Shown here: piece after piece, positions 17,234 to 25,714 of the stretch
How the letters are laid out: every line of letters starts with the position of its first letter
Position numbering within the stretch: the first letter of the stretch is position 1
Assembly (NCBI RefSeq): GCF_000017845.1
Contig: NC_010546.1
Coordinates: 1,470,001 to 1,502,000, forward strand
DNA length: 32,000 nt
Direction of reading: 5' to 3'
Origin: Crocosphaera subtropica ATCC 51142
GTDB taxonomy: Bacteria > Cyanobacteriota > Cyanobacteriia > Cyanobacteriales > Microcystaceae
The notes under the pieces: model-generated
Database searches by the model: none
Told to the model about the DNA's origin: nothing
Seen by the model: only the letters and a program-made list of their open reading frames with translations
Program-made: the position numbers and the translations under genes

Positions 17234-18739
17234 TTAGACTATTCTGCCATACAATTCAGTCACATAGCGTAAATATTCCGTTAATTCAGGGGTTAACATT
17301 TCGGGACGATACCGCCATGTCCAGTTACCATCGGCTAACCCTGGAGTATTCATACGGCAGTGACTTTCTAAGCCTAAAATATCTTGCAGGGGAAACACTG
17401 CTTGATTGGCCACTGAACCCATAGCTAAGCTAATCAAGGTCCAATGGATACCTTTAGGAGAAATACCCGATAAATAATCCGTAACTCTGGCTTGTTCTTC
17501 AAAATTTCGTTCTGCAAACCAGCCGATGGTTGTGTTGTTGTCATGGGTTCCGGTGTAAACGACACAATTCGGATTGGTATAGTTATAAGGTAAGAAAGGA
17601 TTAGCTCGATCTGAGTCAAAGGCGAAGTGTAGTAACTTCATCCCAGGAAACTCATACTTATCCCGTAAAGCTTCGACTTCGGGGGTAATTACCCCTAAAT
17701 CCTCAGCAACAATGGGTAAAGTTCCTAATACTTCTTTAAGACGGGCAAAAAAGGCATCACCTGGGGCTTTTAACCATTGCCCATTCATAGCCGTTGTTTC
17801 TCCTTTAGGAACCGCCCAGTAAGCTTCAAACCCTCGGAAATGGTCAATTCTTACCACATCATAATATTCTAAGGTGCTTTTAAACCGTTCGATCCACCAA
17901 CTAAAGTCATGTTCTTGGACTTTTTGCCAGTTATAAACGGGATTCCCCCATAATTGACCAGTAGCACTAAAATAATCTGGGGGAACACCGGCCATGACAT
18001 TCACGGCTAGGGTTTCTGGGTCAACACAGAAAATATCAGAATGGGACCAAACATCAGCCCCATCATAGGCTACATAGATAGGAATATCGCCAAAAATTTT
18101 CACATTGCGATCATTGGCGTATTTTTTGACTCGTTTCCACTGACGGACAAACTCAAATTGAACAAACTTATGATAGAAAATTGCCTCTGCATACTTAGCC
18201 CGATAAGCTTCTAAAGCTTGGGGTTCACGCTTAGCAATATCACGATCCCATTGATGCCATCCTTTTTTGGGATTATCGTCATGGATAGCCATGAATAAAG
18301 CATAATCTTCTAACCAATAGCTATGACGGGCGCAAAATTGGTCAAATTCTCCTCTTAGTTCTGGAGAACCTCCATTTTTAAACGTATCACTTGCTTTTTT
18401 CAGAAGGGGGACTTTATATTTGACAACTAAATCGTAATCAACCCGGTCATCAGGAAGATCAGGATAAGTATCTAAGTCTGCTTGGGTAACTAAACCATCT
18501 CCGTAGAGAATATCAGGACTAATTAATAAAGGGTTCCCTGCAAATGCAGAGTAAGAAAGATAAGGAGAATTGCCATATCCTGTTGGACCCAGGGGTAAAA
18601 CTTGCCAGAGGGTTTGTCCACTAGCGACTAAAAAGTCAATGAAGCGATAGGGTCCTTCTCCCAAGTCACCAATACCAAAACGACTGGGTAAAGAGGTTGG
18701 GTGCAATAAAATCCCACTAGCTCTCTGATAAAATGTCAT
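17234..18739 (-). CDS. malQ: 4-alpha-glucanotransferase (amylomaltase, GH77)
   Basis: N-terminal RASGILLHPTSLPSRFGIGDLG. Also contains VRIDHFRGF, EDLGVITPEV and HDNNT. Length is 501 aa. Confidence 0.93.
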   Translation of the reverse strand: MTFYQRASGILLHPTSLPSRFGIGDLGEGPYRFIDFLVASGQTLWQVLPLGPTGYGNSPYLSYSAFAGNPLLISPDILYGDGLVTQADLDTYPDLPDDRVDYDLVVKYKVPLLKKASDTFKNGGSPELRGEFDQFCARHSYWLEDYALFMAIHDDNPKKGWHQWDRDIAKREPQALEAYRAKYAEAIFYHKFVQFEFVRQWKRVKKYANDRNVKIFGDIPIYVAYDGADVWSHSDIFCVDPETLAVNVMAGVPPDYFSATGQLWGNPVYNWQKVQEHDFSWWIERFKSTLEYYDVVRIDHFRGFEAYWAVPKGETTAMNGQWLKAPGDAFFARLKEVLGTLPIVAEDLGVITPEVEALRDKYEFPGMKLLHFAFDSDRANPFLPYNYTNPNCVVYTGTHDNNTTIGWFAERNFEEQARVTDYLSGISPKGIHWTLISLAMGSVANQAVFPLQDILGLESHCRMNTPGLADGNWTWRYRPEMLTPELTEYLRYVTELYGRIV

Positions 18740-18824
18740 GGATATCTATGCCTTATCTGCGGTGCAATAATACTAATGCCAAGAGTATTATAAGCCAATA
18801 AGGTCGTTAATAACTGTTTCAATA

Positions 18825-18847
18825 ATATAAAACCTGGGGTAAACCCC
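18825..18847 (-). terminator. Candidate minus-strand terminator closing the WD40 3' region
   Basis: The minus strand reads GGGGTTTACCCC followed by AGGTTTTATATTATT. Confidence 0.5.
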
Positions 18848-18975
18848 TCCTCCCCCAATACGACTCAGTTAAGCGCAAAACCTTAGTTGAGACTGCTTCC
18901 AATGGCGAGGGAACCTGCCCTTGGATCGCACCTCCCCCTGCCTCCTCTGCGCCTCCTGCTTACCCTACTCTAAAG
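18848..18975. other. Structured island, C-rich on + and G-rich on -, of unknown function (candidate ncRNA or 3' UTR element)
   Basis: Five CCTCC cores on the + strand (18846, 18849, 18931, 18941, 18952). A 10-bp hairpin lies at 18864-18891. A second hairpin, CCAA...GGG-AACCTG-CCC-TTGG, lies at about 18899-18924. No ORF is present. The composition contrasts sharply with the AT-rich surroundings. Confidence 0.4.
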
Positions 18976-18983
18976 TATCGTAT

Positions 18984-20033
18984 TCAAAGAGATTTCATAT
19001 AGGGTTGTAGTTGCCAAACTTTCACTATTTTATCTTCTGCCCCACTATAAAGAAACTGACCATCAGGACTAAAAGCAAGGGATAACACCCATCCCCGATG
19101 ACCCTGTAAGGTAGTTATTTTGCGTCCTGTGGCTAGATCAAATAACATAACGGTTCCCTCCTTATTGGCCGTGGCAACGGTACGATTATCGGGGGAAACG
19201 GCAATAGTGTTGATCTCTAATTTGGGTCCTTTCATGGATCTAGTTTGTTTAAGAGTCGTTAAATCCCAACTTTTCACAAAATTGCGCACTGCGGCCACTA
19301 ATTGAGTTCCATCGCTGCTGATTTTCAAATCATTAATAAATCCGGGTTGTTGCGAAGAAGTATTTAATAATTCAAAGGTGGTTGCATCCCAAAACTTAAA
19401 TGTGCGATCATCCCCGATCGCCCCTGTAATAAACAGGGTACCGTCAGGGGTATATTGTACGCTAGTGGTCGGTCCAATATTGGCCCCAATGGTTTTGATC
19501 AGTTCCCCAGATTCAAGATCCCATATTCTAATCGTGCGATCGTCCCCACTGACACTAACAATATTGTTCCCATCGGGACTAATAGCAACATCGCTAACTT
19601 TTCCTGTATGTTCTCTGAGAAAACTTAATTTTCGTCCGGTGGATAAACTTAAAATCATCACCGTTTGATCGTCACCCACCACTAAAATATCTTTTTCTAA
19701 ATTGAAGGCAATGGAAGAATAATTATTGACTAAAACCGCTTTACTATAGAGTATTTCTTTGGTTTCTAAATCAATAGCACTCAGTAAACCATCTCCTGTT
19801 GCTACTAATAATAATTGCCCGTCAGGGGTAACTGCTAAGGATTTAACCACACCATTAAACCCCTGTAAATCTTCAACGGTTATATTTGCTTGGGCAAGAT
19901 AATCTGTTGATTGAGATAAGGGAACTTGTGCAAAAACTTTAGAGCCAATGACTGAATAATTTAGAGTTAAACTGAGACTCATTCCTGCAACAACAGAAGA
20001 TAAAAGTTTTATATAGTTTGCTTGTTTTATCAT
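18984..20033 (-). CDS. Secreted/periplasmic WD40 (beta-propeller) repeat protein
   Basis: Signal-peptide-like N-terminus (LLSSVVAGMSLSLTLNYSVIGSKVFAQ). Repeated blades end in IRIWDL, FKFWDA, VKSWDL and VKVWQL. Confidence 0.85.
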   Translation of the reverse strand: MIKQANYIKLLSSVVAGMSLSLTLNYSVIGSKVFAQVPLSQSTDYLAQANITVEDLQGFNGVVKSLAVTPDGQLLLVATGDGLLSAIDLETKEILYSKAVLVNNYSSIAFNLEKDILVVGDDQTVMILSLSTGRKLSFLREHTGKVSDVAISPDGNNIVSVSGDDRTIRIWDLESGELIKTIGANIGPTTSVQYTPDGTLFITGAIGDDRTFKFWDATTFELLNTSSQQPGFINDLKISSDGTQLVAAVRNFVKSWDLTTLKQTRSMKGPKLEINTIAVSPDNRTVATANKEGTVMLFDLATGRKITTLQGHRGWVLSLAFSPDGQFLYSGAEDKIVKVWQLQPYMKSL

Positions 20034-20172
20034 AATTTATCCTGAGATAGTAACTTTTTGCTATTGATTCGATAGGTTACAAAATCTTTCTCAGAAAAAC
20101 AAGGAACCACTTGACTGTTTATTAACTGGCATAATTAGGTCAATTTTTGGTGATATCATGATTAATTACCGA

Positions 20173-21114
20173 TCAAAGTTCATGAACGGCAGAATGACTC
20201 GATTGTGCTAAATAAATTCCTGTTAAAATAATCACAAAACCTAGACCAGTTATGGATGTTAACCCCTCTGCAAAAACGATCCAAGCTAAAATGGCACTAA
20301 CAATGGGTTCTAATAATAGAAACATCGTAACAAAACTAGAAGAAAATTTATCTAAACAATCCGCTAAAAGTCGCTGTCCTAACCCTTCGGAAATGACTCC
20401 TAATCCTATCACAGCTAACCAAGTTTGCCAAGCAGTGGGAAATAATTTTCCTTCAGTCCATAGAACCAACGGAAATAACAAAAAACTACCAATGCCACAC
20501 CGCCAAAGTAAAATAGTTGTAGCAGAAAAGCGATTTCTTAACTGTTCAACAATCAAAAAATAAATCCCTAAAAAAACTGCTGATAATAAGGCATAAAAAT
20601 CTCCAATTAAATGACTATTTGTCCCCTGTAAGTCTTCTAATCCGAGAAAAATTGCCCCTGATAACGCCAAAATCATACCCAAAATAAATTTAGTGTCAAA
20701 GCGTTTTCCGAAGTATAACCACGCCCCAATACTGGTAAAAATAGGGGTCATATTATTCAATAACATACAGTTAGCAACACTGGTGTATTGTAGCGAAATT
20801 GCCCAGAGTCCTAATGAGGTAATAGAAATAATACCGACTAATAATAAAAGCAAGCTATGTTTAACGGTTAAAGGCGATTGAATTTCAATATTTTCAGGAG
20901 AATAAAATCGCCTTCTAATGGTTTGAGCAAAGCCAAAAACCATAAAAAAGATCCATAATCGATTGAAAACAGTTCCATTTGCACCTAACTCAATTTCACT
21001 AAAACGAATAAAAATAGGAGCAAAAGAAATAGAAATTAAAGCAATTACTAGAGTTACAAATGGAAGGAGATTAACTGCATTATTATTTTGAGATGTAAGT
21101 TTAAGTTGCATCAT
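20173..21114 (-). CDS. DMT-superfamily (EamA-like) transporter
   Basis: About 10 hydrophobic helices arranged as two EamA-like halves. Length is 313 aa. Confidence 0.82.
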   Translation of the reverse strand: MMQLKLTSQNNNAVNLLPFVTLVIALISISFAPIFIRFSEIELGANGTVFNRLWIFFMVFGFAQTIRRRFYSPENIEIQSPLTVKHSLLLLLVGIISITSLGLWAISLQYTSVANCMLLNNMTPIFTSIGAWLYFGKRFDTKFILGMILALSGAIFLGLEDLQGTNSHLIGDFYALLSAVFLGIYFLIVEQLRNRFSATTILLWRCGIGSFLLFPLVLWTEGKLFPTAWQTWLAVIGLGVISEGLGQRLLADCLDKFSSSFVTMFLLLEPIVSAILAWIVFAEGLTSITGLGFVIILTGIYLAQSSHSAVHEL

Positions 21115-21147
21115 TTTGAACTAATATTCTAATTACCAATTATCCAT

Positions 21148-21181
21148 AAAAAAAGGGTTAAGAAATTTTTTCTTTAACCCC
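21148..21181 (-). terminator. Rho-independent terminator after the 21213-21989 gene
   Basis: The minus strand reads GGGGTTAA-A-GAAA-AAA-TTTC-TTAACCC followed by T7. Confidence 0.7.
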
Positions 21182-21212
21182 TAACCCATAACTCCTAAAC
21201 CCCCACAATTAA

Positions 21213-21989
21213 CTAGGTTGTAGGAAACAGACTGGTTGGCTGTTGTTGCGCTAAAAATCGTTGATTAACCACTTCTTGGAAAGCGTTTAAATCGTTCTGC
21301 CAATCATCAATTCCTTGCTTTAACTTAGCAATTACGTCTTGAGGATTTCCGGCTGCTAAATTGTAATTAAAATTACCAGCAAATAATAAAGCAGGGATAG
21401 CAGATTTATCCGGCATTTGGATTTTAGCCTCATTAATACTGAGGCTAAATTGACAGCGATCAAGTTGATACAGTAAATTTAAACCAGCTTGTAAGGGTGC
21501 ATTGCCATAATTTTGCCACTCCCCAGGGGATAAAAGGTTTTGAGTGATGAACTTTCTAGCACCTTGATCATTGCCTGGAAAGGGAACTAAACTTTTAGGG
21601 GTAATGGATAGGCCTTGATACTCTGCATTAGAGAGTTTGTCCACATATTGATGAGCCACATTAGGAATATTCAGTTCATTAGGTTTTTTGGCTCCTAAAG
21701 ACTCCATAAAGGTAATGGTGCGAGGTTGAGCAACGATACTCACACCATTTTGAAAAGTAACTTGTGAAAGATTTTGTCCTAAAACCGGTTGTTTACCGAG
21801 TTCCCACTCATTAGGAACAATTCCAGTTTGCTTGAGAAACTCTTGAGAGAGCATGGTGGGATTAAGATTTTTGGCTGAGATAGCGATCGCTAATTCTTGA
21901 ATTTCCCGAATTTCTAGGGGTTTTTTTTGCGTTTGATCCGATGGAGTTGCCATAATATTTCCCTTAATGGTTTCTAAATGCGCCACCAT
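21213..21989 (-). CDS. Hypothetical protein (about 246-258 aa)
   Basis: A long ORF with ordinary, non-repetitive composition, ending at its own terminator. ATG 21953 (MATPSDQ) is an alternative start. I recognise no motif. Confidence 0.6.
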   Translation of the reverse strand: MVAHLETIKGNIMATPSDQTQKKPLEIREIQELAIAISAKNLNPTMLSQEFLKQTGIVPNEWELGKQPVLGQNLSQVTFQNGVSIVAQPRTITFMESLGAKKPNELNIPNVAHQYVDKLSNAEYQGLSITPKSLVPFPGNDQGARKFITQNLLSPGEWQNYGNAPLQAGLNLLYQLDRCQFSLSINEAKIQMPDKSAIPALLFAGNFNYNLAAGNPQDVIAKLKQGIDDWQNDLNAFQEVVNQRFLAQQQPTSLFPTT

Positions 21990-22055
21990 AGTCTGGCTAT
22001 TCTCAGTTTACGGGTTAAGCGGCCCCTCCATCGTCCTTCATTAACAAATGTTACG

Positions 22056-22943
22056 TTATATTTCTGCCACTGCTCTTTCTATTAAGCGTCTGGCTAAGGT
22101 TTGGGTTCCGGTGTGTTCATAATAGTTGGTTGTCATGTCTAAAAAGGCTGCAAAATAATCTAATTTGTCTTCTGAATATTCAATAAAGTTGCTCAAGCGA
22201 TCAAAAAGTCCCTCTCGACTGATATCTTTTTTGGCAACAAAGTCTGACATCCAACCTTTCACAGAATCAAAACTTTCTCCGATAAAATCAAGTTGATTAC
22301 TGGTTTTATTGCCAGGAATTCCTTCTCTTATGTCCTTAAATGTACCATTATTCTCTAATTCTTTAGGAGACAGATGATTGAGTGTCGATTCTACTTTCAT
22401 AATAAAATCAGGACCTAAAGGAATTAAACCATCTAAACAGACTAAAGCAGCCATTCTCATCAAAGATTCTCCGCTATAATCTCCCAAAGAGGCGACAAAA
22501 TCCCCGATACTATCCCCAGGAATGCCATTAATTTGACAAAATGCCACTAATTCCGTTACCAATTTTAAGGATAAATCGAGAGCTTGCACTTTATCTGCGT
22601 TGGGGGTAATTTTGTTTAAAAAGCCGAGAAATGAGACTTTTTCCCCGATTTTATTGGCTAAAGCAGCAGTTCCTAAGGCACTGTCACTACTATCGATGGT
22701 TTGATATAACCATAAGGCCCGTTGATAACCTTGGGATTTATCATTAAAGAGATGAACCGCGCGATCGCCGATTTGTTGGATCATTTCTTCGTCGGTTTCT
22801 CCTGTGACGGTACGGATAGTGTTCTCAAACCCTACCAAGTTGTCCCATTCTCCAGGAACCACATAATCAAGGGTTTTTAAGACCCTTACGGTCATGTTAT
22901 TCGTGGGTAATTCGTCTACAATTTCATAAATAGGTTTACTCAT
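22056..22943 (-). CDS. Hypothetical protein (about 295 aa)
   Basis: I prefer ATG 22943 (MSKPIYEIV), which is preceded by GAGGT. The track's start at 22976 is a GTG that would overlap the divergent sixA start. I recognise no domain. Confidence 0.6.
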   Translation of the reverse strand: MSKPIYEIVDELPTNNMTVRVLKTLDYVVPGEWDNLVGFENTIRTVTGETDEEMIQQIGDRAVHLFNDKSQGYQRALWLYQTIDSSDSALGTAALANKIGEKVSFLGFLNKITPNADKVQALDLSLKLVTELVAFCQINGIPGDSIGDFVASLGDYSGESLMRMAALVCLDGLIPLGPDFIMKVESTLNHLSPKELENNGTFKDIREGIPGNKTSNQLDFIGESFDSVKGWMSDFVAKKDISREGLFDRLSNFIEYSEDKLDYFAAFLDMTTNYYEHTGTQTLARRLIERAVAEI

Positions 22944-22969
22944 AATACCTCGTGGCAATAATTTAACGT

Positions 22970-23467
22970 ATGACACAACTCTATCTTATTCGTCATGGCA
23001 TTGCAGTAGAACGAAACAACTCTATTCAGGACGAAGTCCGTCCTTTAACGGAACTGGGAAAGGAAAAAACCCAGAAAGTGGCTCAACGGTTGAAAGAAGT
23101 TAAGATTAAATTTGATATTATTTTGACCAGTCCCCTACTCAGAGCGCATCAAACTGCTACAATCTTACAAAACGCAGGCTTAACTGATAGATTAGAAGAA
23201 TTTATCCCCCTTTCTCCAGGGGGAAGTCTTCAGCTTTGGGTTGATTGGTGGCTAAATTCTCATTATCATCACGATCAAAGTACCATCGCCCTTGTGGGTC
23301 ATCAACCCGACTTAAGCAATTGGGCAGAAATCTTCCTTTGGGGTGATACTCAAGGTATCTTGGTGGTCAAAAAAGCAGGAATCATCGGCTTAAATTTACC
23401 AACCTCCATCAACCCCATCGGGGAAAGTGAGTTATTTTTATTAACTCCCCCGAAGTTTTTTATTTAG
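22970..23467 (+). CDS. sixA: Phosphohistidine phosphatase SixA-like (histidine phosphatase superfamily)
   Basis: N-terminal LYLIRHGIA (RHG motif) and the later VGHQPDL, in a protein of about 165 aa. Confidence 0.75.
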   Translation: MTQLYLIRHGIAVERNNSIQDEVRPLTELGKEKTQKVAQRLKEVKIKFDIILTSPLLRAHQTATILQNAGLTDRLEEFIPLSPGGSLQLWVDWWLNSHYHHDQSTIALVGHQPDLSNWAEIFLWGDTQGILVVKKAGIIGLNLPTSINPIGESELFLLTPPKFFI

Positions 23468-23469
23468 AG

Positions 23470-23541
23470 AGCGGGTGACGCGATTCGAACGCGCGACATT
23501 CACCTTGGCAAGGTGACGCTCTACCACTGAGCTACACCCGC
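23470..23541 (-). tRNA. tRNA-Gly (anticodon GCC)
   Basis: The reverse complement GCGGGTGTAGCTCAGTGGTAGAGCGTCACCTTGCCAAGGTGAATGTCGCGCGTTCGAATCGCGTCACCCGCT folds as a cloverleaf. Acceptor GCGGGTG/CACCCGC, D stem GCTC/GAGC, anticodon stem TCACC/GGTGA with loop TTGCCAA, T stem GCGCG/CGCGT with loop TTCGAAT. CCA is not encoded. Confidence 0.93.
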
Positions 23542-23592
23542 ATTTTTCAATGCTAAATTCTAGTATCCCATACCATTAAAAAAATGTCAACC

Positions 23593-24024
23593 CTAAATTA
23601 GAGACGCACGACGCTGATCTAACCACTGTTGTAAAATGATGGTCGCTGCTAGGCGATCGACTAACCCTTTATTGTAACGAGAATACTTTTTTTGCGACTT
23701 TAAGTGAGTTTCTGCTTCAACGGAGGTGAGTCGTTCATCGATGTATTCTATGGGTAATTCTAGGGCTGTGGAGAGGCGTTTTGCGAATTTTTGAACTTTT
23801 TTGGCTTGAAAACCTATAGTTCCGTCCATAGAGTAGGGAAGACCAATGACTAACAGTTGTACCTCCCGTTCTTTGACCAATGCTTCTAACTGCTGCACAT
23901 CTTGGGGAAATGATTGACGTTCGATGGTGGTTAACCCCGTGGCAATTAACCCTGTCCCGTCACACCCTGCTACCCCAATACGTTTTTTACCCACATCCAA
24001 CCCTAATGCAGAAATTCGCTCCAT
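23593..24024 (-). CDS. ruvX: Putative pre-16S rRNA nuclease / Holliday-junction-resolvase-like protein YqgF (RuvX)
   Basis: ALGLDVGKKRIGVAGCD N-terminus, GLPYSMDGT and DERLTS motifs. Length is 143 aa. Confidence 0.88.
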   Translation of the reverse strand: MERISALGLDVGKKRIGVAGCDGTGLIATGLTTIERQSFPQDVQQLEALVKEREVQLLVIGLPYSMDGTIGFQAKKVQKFAKRLSTALELPIEYIDERLTSVEAETHLKSQKKYSRYNKGLVDRLAATIILQQWLDQRRASLI

Positions 24025-24260
24025 GATTTCTTTGTAACACTCAATTGTCTATTTTGATAATATCAGTATCAATAACCTGAGTTCAGTGTTAGGGAATTTT
24101 TAACCTATTCATAAGGCATCCAGACTGTATTCCACTAAAATTTGTCTAGATTTTGCCTCAGATTAAACTCAGGTTAGTAAGAAGTTCTATTGAAACCAAT
24201 ATGTTAAAGTTCATGGAGTGGAATGCTTACTCAGGTAGCGATCGCCTTTCAAACGAGGAA

Positions 24261-24383
24261 TTAATGGGCTGAACCATTACCATCATAATTATCAGAGTCA
24301 TAAAATCCGTTTTTGGTGCCAAAAAACAAACAAGACACCGTAAATAATGCCGTTAAAATCACTAACACTAATTTAACATCCAT
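24261..24383 (-). CDS. 40-aa single-TM small protein missed by the ORF track
   Basis: Minus-strand GAGGAGAAAATCAATT precedes the ATG at 24383. Translation: MDVKLVLVILTALFTVSCLFFGTKNGFYDSDNYDGNGSAH. It has one hydrophobic helix and an acidic/polar tail. Confidence 0.4.
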   Translation of the reverse strand: MDVKLVLVILTALFTVSCLFFGTKNGFYDSDNYDGNGSAH

Positions 24384-24549
24384 AATTGATTTTCTCCTCA
24401 CTTGAGTCTTCTGATTATTATTCTATAGTAACTCTCTCTAAATGGCAGGGTTATCATTTCCCCTAAAAAATTTAACGTTTTTAATCGCTATGGCCTCTGA
24501 AATCAAATAGAACAGCCATAGCAACAACTAACAACAGATTTAAAAAAGT

Positions 24550-25452
24550 TTAGCTATGGTTAGCGTATTCCTTTGAATTGTTAGATTCGTTAGGAAGATA
24601 GTCATTAAATTCCTGTTGATCGTAATGATAAACGGTACGAATGGGATAGGGAATATTAATATCTTCTGCGTCAAAAGCTGCTTTAATAGCGATAATGGTT
24701 TGACTTTGAATTCGTCTTACTATTGCTTGGGAAGGGGCTGTCCAATAGCGTACAATTAAATCAATAGAACTGTCTCCAAAACTAACTAAATCAACTTCGG
24801 GTTCAGGATGTTCTAATATGCCTTCGAGATCATGAACTATTCTTAATAAAATAGATTTTGCTTGAGGTAAACTGGTATTATAATCGACTCCAACCCCTAA
24901 ATCTGTGCGACGGTAATTGAAAGCCGTTCTCACTTGAACTGCACTGGTAAATACGGTAGAATTAGGCAATAAAATCCTTTCTCCTTGATAGGTTCGGATT
25001 TGGGTTGTACGAATATTGATAGATTCTACGGTTCCCTCGTAATTTTCAACGATGATTTGGTCGTTAATGCGGAAAGGTTCTTGTGCGAGTAAAAGAATAC
25101 CAGCTAAAAAGTTCTTGAAAATGTCTTGAAAAGCAAAACCAATGGCAACTGAACTGAGTCCTAATGTAGCAATAATATCACCTAATCTTAATCCAGGAAA
25201 TGCCACCACTGCAGCAAAAAGAATACCAGCTACCCAAACTAATACATGGGTTGCTTTTGCTAAAAGTAGTTGTAAAGAATGGCTTTTAATGGTTTTTTCC
25301 CCAATCTTATTGGCTAACTGGGAAACAAAGTCGGCTACAAATTTGGTTAGAAAAAGAATAATAAGTGCAGCTATAACTGCCGGAATCCCTTTAATAGCAC
25401 TAGCAACAAGATCATTTATACTATTGAAAATTGTGTCTACAATTTGATTCAT
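24550..25452 (-). CDS. Small-conductance mechanosensitive channel (MscS family)
   Basis: Three N-terminal helices followed by the MscS core: GLSSVAIGFAFQDIFKNFLAGILLLAQEPFRINDQI...GTVESINIRTTQIRTYQGERILLPNS. Confidence 0.88.
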   Translation of the reverse strand: MNQIVDTIFNSINDLVASAIKGIPAVIAALIILFLTKFVADFVSQLANKIGEKTIKSHSLQLLLAKATHVLVWVAGILFAAVVAFPGLRLGDIIATLGLSSVAIGFAFQDIFKNFLAGILLLAQEPFRINDQIIVENYEGTVESINIRTTQIRTYQGERILLPNSTVFTSAVQVRTAFNYRRTDLGVGVDYNTSLPQAKSILLRIVHDLEGILEHPEPEVDLVSFGDSSIDLIVRYWTAPSQAIVRRIQSQTIIAIKAAFDAEDINIPYPIRTVYHYDQQEFNDYLPNESNNSKEYANHS

Positions 25453-25714
25453 CGATCCTCACAGATATTTATGATGTTTTCAAAGATAATTTTCTATTAT
25501 ATTAATAGATTTTTATCAGAGATGCAAGATAAGGATAGTTAGAAAATATGAGACTTTAAAAATAATATCCTACTTAACTTAGTCGGGAAAATTAAACGGT
25601 AACATACCCAGTTAAGAAACTTCTGAGTTAAAAATGGTCAACTTTTAATCAACTTAAATTTGTTATTAATTCCCTAGACAACACTCCTAGTTATTTCCTG
25701 ATGAATATACTCCA

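Noticed and set aside
17049-17424. Track ORFs 17049-17237 and 17179-17424 on the + strand.
   Set aside because: The first spans the cysK promoter region and the terminator hairpin. The second is antisense to the malQ 3' end. Neither has an RBS or protein-like composition.
18899-18935. GGAAGCAG and CCAAGGGCAG on the minus strand of the GC-rich island, which resemble SRP (4.5S) RNA domain IV motifs.
   Set aside because: The motif order is reversed relative to SRP RNA. There is no GNRA-type apical loop, and the flanking helices cannot be drawn.
24077-24176. 10-nt inverted repeat AACCTGAGTT / AACTCAGGTT separated by about 80 nt, upstream of ruvX.
   Set aside because: It is a single short pair with a long AT-rich spacer. 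No supporting structure or second copy is present, so chance is a sufficient explanation.
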